DNA of 64,000 nucleotides from assembly GCA_964016885.1 (NCBI GenBank), contig OZ024743.1, positions 256,494,001-256,558,000 of the forward strand. The letters are read 5' to 3'. The notes under the pieces are model-generated. The model saw nothing but the letters and a program-made list of their open reading frames with translations. It was not told the DNA's origin and searched no databases. The DNA comes from Eledone cirrhosa (lineage: Eukaryota). Position numbers and translations under genes: made by a program. Positions 42,600-56,312 of this stretch are shown here, piece by piece; position 1 is the stretch's first letter; each line of letters begins with the position of its first letter.

Positions 42600-42991
42600 G
42601 TGAGAGAGGAGAAGAATGAGAAGGGGAGGGTTGCACATTTTTTCGGGGGTGTTTGCGACACATGTCAGCGACCCCTGTCAACGCCTCTTCCTATTGAGGA
42701 CATCGATTGTTAAATTTAATTTGTTATATGTTTTTTACACGTCTTTTTAAATGTATGTAAACTCCCCCCTTTGTATTTGTCCCAATCTTTGATGCCCTGG
42801 TGGCAAATAAATAGACATCTATATCCCACTACATAACTCACTCTCGCTCATAATCCCCTCTCTCTCACTAGACCAACAAATTATCTCCCCCTCTATATAT
42901 TCCAATACATACCTTACTCTCTCTCACTCTCTCAATACCCTCTCACTAAACCAACAAATTAACTCCCGCTCTCTATATCCCACCACATACC

Positions 42992-43062
<71 letters not shown>

Positions 43063-43377
43063 ATTCCCCTTCTCACTAGACCACCACGTTCTCTCTCCCT
43101 ATCTATATCCCACAACAATATTTTATACTTTGAAATAACAAATGTTTTCATCTTCTGTAAAGAACGACAAAGTTCTTCATCCCTCCCCCACCTTTTGAAC
43201 CTTTGGGGTGTGGGGGAGATCTTTTTTTTTGTGGTGTGCTTTTTTCAAATTATTTGACATGAGTTTAAAATATGTGGTGGTGGTGGGCGGTGGGCGGTGC
43301 TGATATGGTGGTGTTGACAGTACTGTGGTGGTGGTAGTGGTAGTGTGACGTTGTTGGTAGTGCTTGCTTGTTTTGAA

Positions 43378-43827
43378 TCTATCTATCTATATACTACTAA
43401 AACTCTGTGATTGTGTGCTTGCCTAAACGTCACATGATGGGAAAATACTTTGAAACAAAGTTGACATGGAGGGAAAGAAGTTTCATGTATATCGGAGCAC
43501 GGGCCCCGGGATACAGGATCAGGTGGTATTGAAAGAGAGATATATAAGAGGGGATGTAGAAAGAGACGTAGAGAGCGTAAAAGAACTTAGGAAAAGTGTA
43601 AAAAATAACACGAGATAGTTACATTGGAAGTGATTTAATAGTCCCTATATTTTGGATTTCGCATCCATCAACTGGGGGTTTTCCTAGGGGAAAAAGTTAT
43701 GTCGGAGAGGGACAACACAGGGCCTCCGCTGTTTACCGTGTGCGTACAACTGAAATACTGTGTCGGGCGCGGGTACGCGCTGAATAGCTGTGGTCAGATA
43801 AAATTTGAGGCAGTTCTTCTATACTAG
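43378..43827 (+). mobile_element. Possible non-autonomous Helitron
   Basis: Starts TCTATCTATCTATATACTACTAAAA and ends CTAG|T; interior shared with 25862-26205. Subterminal hairpin is weak. Confidence 0.35.
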
Positions 43828-43829
43828 TT

Positions 43830-43881
<52 letters not shown>

Positions 43882-44373
43882 CTTAAGAAAATTAACAGAA
43901 AGGACAAGACAACAAATGACAACAAGGCAAAATGAAAAACAATTTTTTTAAGTGGAACCTTAAAAAAATTATATTTTAAAAATGAAAATAGAAACGAAAA
44001 ACACAGCACTCCCGAGTCATCAGCCGTTGAGATGAACTTTGGCAGTTTTGACCCCACCAACAGTACTGTTGGCCACCAGAGTCACATCATCTTATATAAA
44101 CCAAAACGCTATCCAGTGCAGTAAGACACGAAAGATATAACAAGTAAACATAATTTGTGACGTCAGGGTAAAAGTGTGATGCGTTTCATAACACGAGAAT
44201 CTCATGAATCAAACAAAGAAAAAGAGGAAGAAAAAAGACAAGAAGAAAGTAAGATATTGTGTTAAAAAATATGAGCCATATATTTGAAATATAGGACTCA
44301 AAATGGAGAAATTGCTTTAAAATCGGGTAAAATAACCTTATGGACAGAAAAGAACGTCAGGTCTCTCAAATTC

Positions 44374-44432
<59 letters not shown>

Positions 44433-44436
<4 letters not shown>

Positions 44437-44737
44437 TAATGAGTTTTTTTAATAAAAAAAACGAGATGTCCTTCACGAGTGAAAGTATAAGAAAAAGAAA
44501 TCGAAAATACAACTGGAGTATTTTTAAGAAGATTTCTTTGTTTCCTTTACCGGTTTCACAGTTCTTATGCTTTTCGAAAGTAGAATTGAGATCGAGGGTT
44601 TGTGGTTTTTCTGGCATCTTTCAGAAAAATCACAAACCCTCCATCTCAATTCTAACTTTGAAAAGCATAAGAACCGTGAAACCAGTAAAAGAAACAAATA
44701 AATATTCTTAAAAAGACTTCAGTTGCATTTTCGATTT
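44433..44737. mobile_element. Fold-back family F, older copy in opposite orientation
   Basis: Palindrome 44498-44737 homologous to 24933-25226 with the same turn point; tail on the left; decayed T(T/C)GAAAA cores. Confidence 0.85.
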
Positions 44738-44739
44738 AT

Positions 44740-45408
44740 ATATGTAAGTATGTATATGTACATACATATATGTATACAGACGTACAGTAGTATGTATATA
44801 TATATATACATGCACACATATATATATGTACGTATGGCTTTACCGAACATTTATTATAATGTTCGGTTTGTTTGTAAACAAACTGCCCGAATTACGCCGT
44901 ATAGTGTTCGGCAACCATCGTCGCCTTTTTGTTCAACACTGACAAAGGAACGCTGTACTAGTTTCAAGCTTATCGTCAGCATCGTATACCTTCCTGTCAG
45001 ATGATTGAACGTTTGAAAGTATATACTTTCCTTATGCATATTAACGGCTGAGCAGCCTAATTTGCATATCGAGTGAGTTAGTCAGCTGGGCGTACCGAAA
45101 ACGATAAATGGGAAATAATTGTTTCTACTTGTGGCACAAGGCCAGCAATTAACCAGTGTATTACTGGTACTTTATTTTATCGACCCCGTAAGGATGAAAG
45201 GCAAAGTTAATCTCGGCGGGATTTGAACTCAGAATGGCAAGGGCTAAATGGGAAATAAATGGGAAATAATGAAACGAAATTTCATTTCTCACTCTTCGAA
45301 CGGCTGATACTTAAATGTAAGTATGTATACGTACATACATATATGTATACAGACGTACAGTACTATGTATATATATACATACATTCACACATACATATAT
45401 GTACGTTC
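44740..45408 (-). mobile_element. Family H retrozyme-like unit (>1 copy) interrupted by a SINE at 45120-45244
   Basis: Homologous to 53255-54083; HHR at 44950-44985(-) with stem II deleted. Confidence 0.8.
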
Positions 45409-45784
45409 TATATATATATATATATGAGATATTAATAAATCACTTCATTGAAATATAGTTGTTTTAATTAATTTTCTAACCTTTTATGGGGCGATATTTA
45501 TCATAGATGATTTGGTATCTGGTCAACTCTTGATTTCCCATATTGTCCTTTCTGCTTTTGCGATTTATTCATGAAAATAAAATTAAATAAATGTAATATC
45601 TCTGCTGCCATGTTTCCAATAAAAATAAGTTCATATCATAATAATACTACACAACTCATCAATAAAGGCTCATGGAAATGTAATCACTTTTGTAGTTATG
45701 CTACTTTGTGTAGCCTCCTTTTAAGATTGATTTCAATGTTGATTATTCTAGTATAAAGAAGCATATATATATAAACGATGATAT

Positions 45785-45828
<44 letters not shown>

Positions 45829-45952
45829 AGATTTGAATGGATACAGTTTAGTTGAAAGGAATTTATTGACACGTGTTTCTGTAACAGTTACATAACCTGA
45901 AAACAGCTGCTATCTACAAAAGTTTTAGTTATGCAGACATTCAATATTTCAA

Positions 45953-48002
45953 AAGGACGCAGCACCAACAGCAAATTACAGAAAGATATAAAAAAACTAC
46001 TGGACGACCTTAAAAACACCAAAGGAATTGTAGTAAAAGCGGACAAAACATCAAACCTGTATACTATGGATTGCACTACATACAACAACTTCATTCGAAA
46101 AGAATTACATAAAAAATATAGAAAAACGAATGAAGTAACTCTTAAGCACATCAATGATGAGGCATGCGAAATAGTGAAAAATCTCAGAATCGAAGATAGG
46201 ACAGGACCACTCTTACCGGCGGTACCCACCTTCAATCTTAAGGACCATAAGGTAAACTTTGATAATGACCCTAAAATTAGATTAATCTGCCCCTCCAAAT
46301 CAGATATAGGTAAAATAAGCAAATATATCTTAGATAGAATCATCCCCCAAATTAGAGCTAAGGTTAACATTAAACTCTGGGGGAAGACCCAAGAACAATA
46401 AGATGGTTTAATAGCATTAGCAATAAGAATAAATCTAAGTTTATCCAGTTTGATATCGATGAATATTACTCATCGATATCACCTGAAACTTTGAATAGAG
46501 CCATTAAGTTTGCTAAGGATAACTCTGACCTTACAAACGATGAAATTAAGATTATACTAGAAGCTAGGAAAACTATAGTCAAATTCGAGAACAGTTATTG
46601 GGTACGTAAAGATAGACCCTCTAACTTTGACATAACAATGGGCTCTAACGATTCGGCGGAAATAACTGATATTGTGGGGTTATTTATCGCCTTTAGACTC
46701 CAGGAAAAATTCAGCAATCTCCACGGTGGAATATACCGCGACGATGTTCTCCTCCTAGTTAAAAACCTAAGTAACCAAAAACTAGAAAAACTACGCAAAG
46801 ATATAAGAAAACTACTACTCGAAATAGGACTAACTATAACATATGAATACAACCTTAAAGTAGTTAACTTCCTGGATGTCACACTCAATTTAAACTCTGG
46901 ATTGATTAAACCGTTTCATAAATTGAATGAAAATCTCAAATATGTAAATGTTGGATCTAACCACCCCATCTCTATAATTAAATCTATCCCTAAAAATATT
47001 TCCCTTAGAATCTCGGGTCTATCTTCTAACATACAAGTATTTAAGGAACACGCCGAGTACTACGATAACGCCCTTAGTAAAGCAGGCTACCTCAACAAAA
47101 TAGAGTATATAGATGGGAACAATCAAAACACCCAAAATAAATCCCACATAGGTAGATATAATAACACAACACCAAACCACAATTACTACCGTAGTATGCA
47201 CACCAGTAAACCAACAAACAAAACTAATAGAAAGCGATGCAAAGAGTACTTATGGTATAACCCCGAATACAATAGTTCCATTAGTACAAATTTACCAGTA
47301 CTCTTCTTTAAAATAATTAAGAGACATTTTCCTACATCACACAAATACCACAAAATCCTAAACCCAACCATTATAAGACTGTCATACTCTACAGCGTTAA
47401 ACCTTGAACAACACATAAAAAAGATCAATACTAGAACGTTAAACGAAAACACTAAGAACTTAAGTACAAAAAACACAAAAAAAACAGTAGACAATACACT
47501 ACAGAACATAAATAAACCACACCTAAGTTCGTCCGCAATACTACTCCAGAGAAAACCAAACGTACACAACTGTAACTGCACCTATCCTGACAACTGCCCC
47601 CTCGGCAATAACTGCCTGGAAAAAAATATTATTTATAAGTGTACCATTAAATCCGGAGGCAACGAGTGGTATTACGTGGGATCAACGGCAGCATCGTTCA
47701 AATCTCGATTATATAGGCATTCTTACTCAATAAAACACCAGAGCCAAAGAAATGTAACAACTTTAGCAGAAAAAGCTTGGACGCTCAGGGATAGTGATCA
47801 AAAGTTTACTCTAAAATGGGAGAAATCAGCTAAAACCCAAAGCTTTTCCAGGAGCCAAAATTTCTGCAAATTATGTAATCTTGAGATTTATTACATAATC
47901 ACACACAAGAAGAAATGGCTGAATAACAGAATTGAACGAACATCATTCTGCCGTCACAGAACTAAAACCCTTTTTTCCCACTACAAGCCGAATATTACAT
48001 AA
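45953..48002 (+). pseudogene. PLE reverse transcriptase plus GIY-YIG endonuclease (one frameshift near 46395)
   Basis: VKADKT, KIRLICP, FDIDEYYSSI, MGSNDSAE, IYRDD, VNFLDVTL, linker CNCx5Cx5C, IIYKC..YYVGST, CKLC..CRHR. Confidence 0.93.
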
Positions 48003-48864
48003 AAGAGGGACATCCCCCCAACTATATAAACCTCATTCTAGTTAGAAAAATATAAAAACAATCTCTTCTCAACATATATTAATAACCTTAAATTACCACA
48101 CTAATAATGGAAAGATATGCTGATGAAAATAGGTGCAAATATGCGATAATGAATGTGTCTAAAAACGTCCATAAGTATGTATATATATGTGAAAATGTAT
48201 ATAAATAAGTAAATATATATATGTTTGATGTGTATAGTAGGATGTAAGTGTATTCATGTATTAAAGTGCTTATATATATATATATGTATATATATATGTG
48301 TGTATATATATATATATGTATAGGTGTGTATGTATATGTATATGTGTACACATAGACTAGAGTATGTATGTATATATGTGTGTGTCTATGCGTGTGTATA
48401 TAAAGATAAGTTGAGTATGAAAATGTATACACATGAACGCGTATGTATGTACATGAATACATGTGTGTATATATATATGTATGCATTTGTATATGTATGT
48501 AAATATGAATATGTGAATGTGAGTATATGTATTTTGTAGAGGTGTGCAAATATATTTGTGTATGAATGCGTGGGTGAAAGGATACGTACACTTGAAAGAA
48601 AAATTTAAGTCTGAATGTTAATTAAGTGCAAACACAAAACCAACCACGCATATCTTTACTATCTCTAATCCTTCTATAAATTTAGAAACATAACCAATAA
48701 TATATTCTATAAAAATGTCAAAACAACAGATGGGAATCTAATTACTCACTGCCACCAAAAAATTCTCACTGCTATCAACAAACCACTCCCTCAACTATTC
48801 TTCTAACAACTTCACCCCTCCCTCCTAATATTCTCTATAAAAACCAAATAGGTCCTCAATAATA

Positions 48865-48986
48865 TTATTCTGATGAAATGACAGTAAATAATAACATTGA
48901 AATATTGAATGTCTGCATAACTAAAACTTTTGTAGATAGCAGCTGTTTTCAGGTTATGTAACTGTTACAGAAACACGTGTCAATAA
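48865..48986 (+). ncRNA. PLE pLTR hammerhead with 93-nt stem II region (family I)
   Basis: TTATT-CTGATGA-(TGACAGT...ACTGTTA)-GAA-ACACGTGT(palindrome)-C-AATAA. Confidence 0.65.
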
Positions 48987-49133
48987 ATTCCTTTCAACTA
49001 AACTGTATCCATTCAAATCTTTCTATTTTTCTCCGGATTACTTTTGGAACTACAACTGGAACCGTCGAGCAAACTCTACGTGAGCTGTCAATCTACTGTG
49101 TGTAATATTTATATTACAATACAACGGAAAATA

Positions 49134-49238
<105 letters not shown>

Positions 49239-49323
49239 AAAGTTATATTTAAAATTGTTGGGTTACAACGAGTAAATATTTTATAACTGATATAAAAGCA
49301 CTCAACAGTTTCTGGAGTAGGTT

Positions 49324-49423
49324 TACAATATTAAACAAATGGAAACTATATTTATAAAACCATATTTATATAACGAAATAAATATGGTTTTATAAATATA
49401 GTTTCCATTTGTTTAATATCGTA
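49324..49423. repeat. 100-bp AT-rich hairpin abutting (TA)n
   Basis: ATATTAAACAAATGGAAACTATATTTATAAAACCATATTTAT and its reverse complement. Confidence 0.9.
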
Positions 49424-49887
49424 TATATATATATATATATATATGCATCTTTAGCATTTTCCCTGCAAAAAATGGTTGGGCAAATCATTATAGACCATGT
49501 CAGATGGGTCAGGAACTACATCTCACTTTATAGGATGCATTGGGTACATTTTATTATAGCATTAGCTTTGGGGAGGTTGTCATATTTTTAACCAATTTTG
49601 TCTGATGTTTCTTCTGCTAGGTGCATGATCAAACACACCCAGTTCACTTTGTAGGGTATGGAAACATGCGTCTGGGAAATCATTATCTCTGGCTGTGTAC
49701 TGATCTACTCTATGATGCCCATAAGCATATTGCTTCTATCATTTTTGGGGGAGCAGATATTCATAATTTTCTGACAAAAATGACTACATTTTCCAGTAAC
49801 AGCTGCACCCCGCACACCCAGCAATACACCATTGATGATGCCCCATCTAATACTTGCTAGAAAGAAAATCAAATGTTAACTGATAAT

Positions 49888-50075
49888 AATTGTTTCTACT
49901 TATGGCACAAGGCCAGCAATTACCCAGTGTATTACTGGTACTTTATTTTATCGACCCCGTAATGATGAAAGGCAAAGTTAACCTTGGCGGGATTTGAACT
50001 CAGTCCGTAAAGGGACGTAACTGTGCTGCAAAGCATGGTGTCCGACCCTCTACCGATACTGCCAATTCACCACCA
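49888..50075 (-). mobile_element. SINE
   Basis: Major SINE consensus. Confidence 0.9.
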
Positions 50076-50128
50076 ATGATAATAATTATGATATATTTAT
50101 ATACATATATACACATAAATACATATGT

Positions 50129-50173
<45 letters not shown>

Positions 50174-50542
50174 CTGGATGGTAGAGTCACCTTGATGTTG
50201 CACAATGCAATTAATAAAAATCTGTGTAAAGAATATATTCTTGCAAAGTTGTGTTTGTGTGTTACTACTAGTTCCGTGTACCTGAGCATTTGCTTAAAAA
50301 TCAAGAACAAAAAATGTATATGTGTGAGTGTGTAGATTGAACGACTAGATACAATTCTAAATATCATATGAATAAATCTTAATATTGTTCTTGTTCAAAC
50401 ATCTGCTGCAGCTATATAATTCTATATACAAATAAACATACATATGCAAACACATATATTCATATATATGCATAAATCCATCATCATCATCATCATCATT
50501 TTACGACTGCTTTTCCTTGCTTGCAAGGGTGGGACGATCATG

Positions 50543-50574
<32 letters not shown>

Positions 50575-51130
50575 CTGCTTCAGTTTTTATACAGAAATTC
50601 ATACATATGTATATATTAGATACTTATGATAAAAAAAATATGCAGGTAGAACATATTTTAGATCCATATATAGTTAATGAAGAAGAAAGGCATGGAAAAA
50701 CAACTTTTAACATAAATCATTTCAGAATTGAAAAAGAGAGTGAAATTTATTTAGAAATATATTAGAAAAAATAAAGAATTTTGGTAAAATATTTGGGGCT
50801 GGAATGGTATGCTACCCTTAAACTATTGGTATAAAAAGTGAATATTAAGGAATGGCTTGTTATAGAACATCATTAAGCAGTATTGAATATCGGTTTGAGG
50901 AATTTACTTTCTTTTTCACTGAAATATTCCGAGTATTTAACAATTTTATTTCTGCACAGTTAAAAAAAAAAAAAAACCTTCGATGTATTACTTGTGGATG
51001 TTTAGCTAGGAAACATGTGTATATATATATGTATTCAGTTGGAAGAATAGCAGAGTTTTGAATAAATTACGAGAATCTACTGTATGTATTGATTACATAT
51101 ATATATGTATATACATATATATATGTATGT

Positions 51131-51163
<33 letters not shown>

Positions 51164-52469
51164 CATGCATACACAAATACATATATACATACACATACAT
51201 GTATATAAATATATTTGTGTATATATATATATATATAAAATAATATATATAAATAATATATATATATATATATATGCATATATGTATGTATGAATGTGTA
51301 TGTGTATATATGTAAATCCAATCAATGATTGATGTATGTAAACAAGTGTGCAAATATGTGTGTATACAATGTTGCACATCAGTAATTGAAATATATACAA
51401 TTGTACATCGTTTCAATGTAAAAGAAAATACAACAAACATTATTTTCATTTCTTTTTTCATTTGTTTCATTTATTATTATTCATATGAAATATTATATAT
51501 TTGCTCTTAAACAACATTTTCAAAGAGCAAACATTTAGAGAAAGCTCAGCTGAGTTCTCATACCAGGGTAGAGTTTATTCAGAGCTAACATTTTGAAAAA
51601 CACATGGCATAGTGTATTCACAAATAAAAGTAAATATATATTTGAATTAATAATATGAATACTACTTTAAATTTCTTTCCATTTAGCAGTTCTTTTGTAA
51701 CAACTTCAATTTTATGAAATTTTATGTTTATGTTTTATATCACTAATTTAATAAAATGTCCATTTGTTTACTTATATATTCAGAATTAAACAACCCATCT
51801 CCTTTCAATCCAACCCAGCCCAGTACCCCCAAAATATGTCAAATTCTTCATTAGTAATGACATTATGGCTTTTATATATTAATTGGTTCCCCTACATTAA
51901 TAAGGAAAATTTATTGATTTCAATTTACTTGAATCTCTTTCAGCCTGTGTTTTTTCCTGAATGTAATATTCTTAAATATAACATTTATGTATTTGAATAC
52001 AAATACAGAATAATGAATGAAGAGGCATGTTATGAGAGAGAACACAAAAATATGGATACAACTGCATTTGTAAATATGCCAACTGAAACTTTTTAATTCA
52101 AAACAGAATATTTCAATATACAACTGCTTAACACCATCCTGGTTCTACAATACAAACAGTTTACTATAAATTGCTTTTATTTATCTAAATTCCTTTAACC
52201 ATAATTTTATGTATGACCCTATAATGAACAAATCCAATTACAAAATATATCCCAAATTTTGATTATTTTCAAAATTCTTTGAAACTCATAGGCAGTGTCT
52301 TTCATTAGAAATATAATAATGAAAGGATCAACTACATTAATTTTATCTGATAATCTTGAATTTATGCTGTGTTATGCATAAATATTAATTACTTATAATA
52401 TTGTCATTTGTGGGCATTTCCCGTAATTAATGTTCTAATTTACATAATTTGATGAAATTCATTATAATT

Positions 52470-52625
52470 CAGTCTCAGTAATTAACTGGTACTTTATTTA
52501 TCAACCCTATAAGGATGAAAGGCTAACTTAACCTCAGTGGGATTTGAACTCACAGCATAGAAAGTTGTAACTAAATGCTGCAAAACATTTTATATGACTC
52601 TGTACAGACACTGCCAAGTCAGCTC
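52470..52625 (-). mobile_element. Old SINE copy
   Basis: ACTGGTACTTTATTTATCAACCC..GGATGAAAGG..GATTTGAACTC. Confidence 0.75.
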
Positions 52626-52737
52626 CCTCATTATAATAAATATTGTTATACTTGATAATATTATAAACATCTTTTGTATTATTTAAGCATACAAAGGGAG
52701 CACCACCATATTGTTGTTTTGATATTGGGAGTGATAG

Positions 52738-52992
52738 TATTATAATGTCATATTCTATATAGACACAATAATATAATGGTTTCTGTATGGGGAACTAAAT
52801 TGCCCAGAGTTCTAATCTATAATATGTAATATATCTCTTATAGTTTAGTCCACCAATTCTATATAGACACCATTATAATATTATATTCTATATAGACATC
52901 ATAATATAATGGTTACTGTATGGGGAAACAAATTGCCCAGAGTTCCAATCTATAATATGTAATATATCTATTATAGTTTAGTCCACCAATTC
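52738..52992. repeat. Tandem duplication, ~133-bp period
   Basis: TATGGGGAA..AATTGCCCAGAG..GTCCACCAATTC occurs twice. Confidence 0.85.
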
Positions 52993-53254
52993 CTAATACC
53001 TGTTCAGGCATCCTTTTTCAAAAGGAAATTATCAAAGATTTCTTTTTCTTCCTACTACTTCTACGAAATATTGCCTCCATCTACAGATATGTGCATTAAT
53101 AAAAGTTAAGCTAGAAGCTCTGTCCATCTTCAATAAAAGGTTGTTAGCAATCTTTGTACAAACAAAATATATTCTTTCTGATGCTATTAGTAAAATATAA
53201 TACATTCTTGTAGTCCCATTTGCACACACACCCACACACACACAGATATATATA

Positions 53255-54079
53255 TAAGTATGTACATGTACATACATATATGTATACAGACGTACAGTAG
53301 TATCTATATATATATATACATACATGCACACATATATATATGTACATATATGTACGTATGGATTCACCGAACATTTATTATAATGCTCGGTGTGTTTGTA
53401 AACAAACATCCCGTATTAAGCCGTAGTGTCTAGCAACCATCGTTGCTCGTTTGTTCAACACTGACAAAGGAACGCTGTATTAGTTTACTTGTTTACAAAC
53501 ACACCGAGCATTATAATAAATGTTTGGTGAATCCATACGTACATATATATATGTGTGCATGTATGTATATATATATACATACTACTGTACGTCTCTATAC
53601 ATATATATATATGTACGTGTACATACTTATATTTAAGTAACAGCCGTACTAAGAGAGGGAAATGAAATTTTGTTTCATTTTTTTTCGTTTATCGTTTTCG
53701 GTGCACCCGGCCGATTAACCCACTCGATATGAAATTGGGCTACTCAGCCGTTAATATGCATAAGGTAAGTATATACGTTCAACAATCTGGCAGGAAGGTA
53801 TACGTTGCTGACGATAGCTAATAAGCTTGAAACTAGTACAGCGTTCCTTTGTCAGTGTTGAACAAACGAGCAACGATGGTTGCTAGACACTACGGCTTAA
53901 TACGGGATGTTTGTTTACAAACACACAGAGCATTATAATAAATGTTCGGTGAATCCATACGTACATATTTATATGTGTGCATGTATGTATATATATATAC
54001 ATACTACTGTGCGTCTGTATTTATATTTAAGTAACAACCGTACTAAGAGTGGGAAATGAAATTTCGTTTCATTTTTTCC

Positions 54080-54083
<4 letters not shown>
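53255..54083. mobile_element. Family H retrozyme-like element: inverted part then ~1.4 tandem units of ~422 bp
   Basis: GTTTACAAACAC at 53491 and 53913; 53255-53486 is inverted; one HHR per unit; ends in (TA)n. Confidence 0.85.
53802..53844 (+). ncRNA. Minimal type I hammerhead (family H)
   Basis: ACGTTG-CTGACGA-T-AGCT/AGCT-T-GAA-ACTAGT(palindrome)-A-CAGCGT. Confidence 0.85.
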
Positions 54084-54130
<47 letters not shown>

Positions 54131-54760
54131 TTCATACATATATACTATATACATACAAACATATATATATATACACACACATATATAAATATACATATAT
54201 ACACACATGCACATACATATATACATACACACAAACAAGCATTCACACACACATTATACACATACCATTTTGTAGTGGTAACTTGGTTCATTTAAATATA
54301 ACTTGCTCAAAGGTAGACCTTTATTCTTTTAGATTCATAGGATAATTTGGGAATTTACAAATTTTCCTCTTTTGGGAATTTACAAATTTTCCTTTGATAT
54401 TAATACATATTTCTCATCACTTCAGATCTTCAAGAAAGTACAAAATATCTAAACCTTAACACTTAATTTCCGGCATTGTTTAAAGTATAGAAATAATTTT
54501 GCCAATTCATTGCAATTTTTGTTTTACTTAAGATTTATTAATTAATGCTCATGTGAAAAGTATGAACAATATACAATTTCATATTTAACCCTTTTGTTTC
54601 CATATTTCTAATGAAAGACACTATTTATAATTTTCAAATAATTTTGAAAATGATGGAAAATTCAGAGGGATTTAATAATATAATTAATTTTCTCATTATT
54701 AAGTGTGAGTTTGGAATATAACTTAACAAAGTTTCTTACATAAGATTATGATGGAATATT

Positions 54761-54811
54761 AGTACCAGTAATGCACTGGGTAATTACTGGCCTTGTGCCT
54801 AAAGTAGAAAC
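54761..54811 (+). mobile_element. 5'-truncated SINE with 16-bp TSD
   Basis: SINE 3' end flanked by ATTATGATGGAATATT on both sides. Confidence 0.85.
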
Positions 54812-55829
54812 AATTATGATGGAATATTTGGAGATTGGAAGGGCTCCACCATGTTTAAAATCTCAAAAATACTATGTGTGTCACGATGGTGCTCCTACAA
54901 CACCAACGGGAGTTACAGGTCCATTATAGATATGTCGTCAAATGAATGCACAATATGCAAATTAGACTAACTGTCTCAGTTATGGGTAACTTTTAATACA
55001 CTCTAAATCACTAAATGGTTATCTCTTACATTTTTCTGCATACAGAGGGAATAGTAGAATGTATGTATGTATGTATTGTATATGAGGCTTCTAATTAAAA
55101 GTTTTGTAGCTATATTTACATGAAATTTATTTGAAATCTTCATAATTATATTTAGGCCTCATAACAGATCTTTGCATTACAAAGTACAAAGCCATTTTTG
55201 TTATTAAACAAATTTCCTAACAAAATTAAAATGTATGCTAACAGATATATAGGCATAGCTGTAAATATGTATACCACTCACTACATATTCACACAGGAAT
55301 ATAGAAACTATTTAATTAATGTCCCTACACTCACTGAATTATACGTACATGCATACAATACACTGGATAAATTTTAATATTAGATATGAAGATATCATCA
55401 TCATCACTGTTTATTCCCTGCTTTTCCATGCTTGCATGGTTGGATGGGCCTTTTCCAGCATAGCATCCTCTAACTTATATATATATATATATATATGAGT
55501 TAGGGGATGCATAATAAATGCAGACAGATGGTGCAGTGCACCTTACTGCTGCATTAGTGCGGCAGAAACTCGAGTCCGGGGACCTTATAGGCAACCGTTT
55601 TATGTGTGTTGTGTTGAGGCAAATAACTATGTGTATACTCTGGCAATGTATCTTACATTGCCCATTGAGTACGCTGAGATACAACCGGTACTGGCATTAA
55701 TAAATATGCTGGGTCCATCAACCCTTATTATTATATAAATATATATATATATTTTTCTTCTTCAGTCATCTCTCTTTCGAAGATGAAACATTAATTTTGT
55801 TTTTTCTAACAACAAGAATCTATATGCTG

Positions 55830-56042
55830 CTTGCCACACCATTGAAGTTGTCCAAGTTAAAGTGAATGGCTGATACAGCTTGGCACCAGTGATGTTGCAA
55901 CTCATTTCTACAGCTGAGTAATCTGGAGCAACATGAAATAAAGTGTCTTGCTCAAATACACAACACAGTATCTGAGCCGAGAATCGAACTTGCAACCTCC
56001 CGATAGCAAGCCCAATGCTCTAACCATTAAGCCATGTGCCTT
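55830..56042 (-). mobile_element. Second-family SINE
   Basis: Reverse strand reads GGCACATGGCTTAATGGTTAGAGC..GTTCGATTC (tRNA-like head). Confidence 0.75.
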
Positions 56043-56052
56043 CACTAATGTT

Positions 56053-56085
<33 letters not shown>

Positions 56086-56095
56086 ACACACACAA

Positions 56096-56229
<134 letters not shown>

Positions 56230-56273
56230 ATGATGATGATGATATATACACACACACACATATATATATATAC

Positions 56274-56312
<39 letters not shown>

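Larger units (their letters stand above)
37265..42810 (+). mobile_element. Near full-length L1/Tx1-clade non-LTR retrotransposon
   Basis: Two-ORF layout; 3' end AAATAAA; candidate TSD ATAGAC (37259-37264 / 42811-42816). Confidence 0.9.

Noticed and set aside
55518-55600. QTDGAVHLTA resembling the Tc1/mariner QDGAPxH motif (similar hint at ~49790)
   Set aside because: Too short and degenerate to call.
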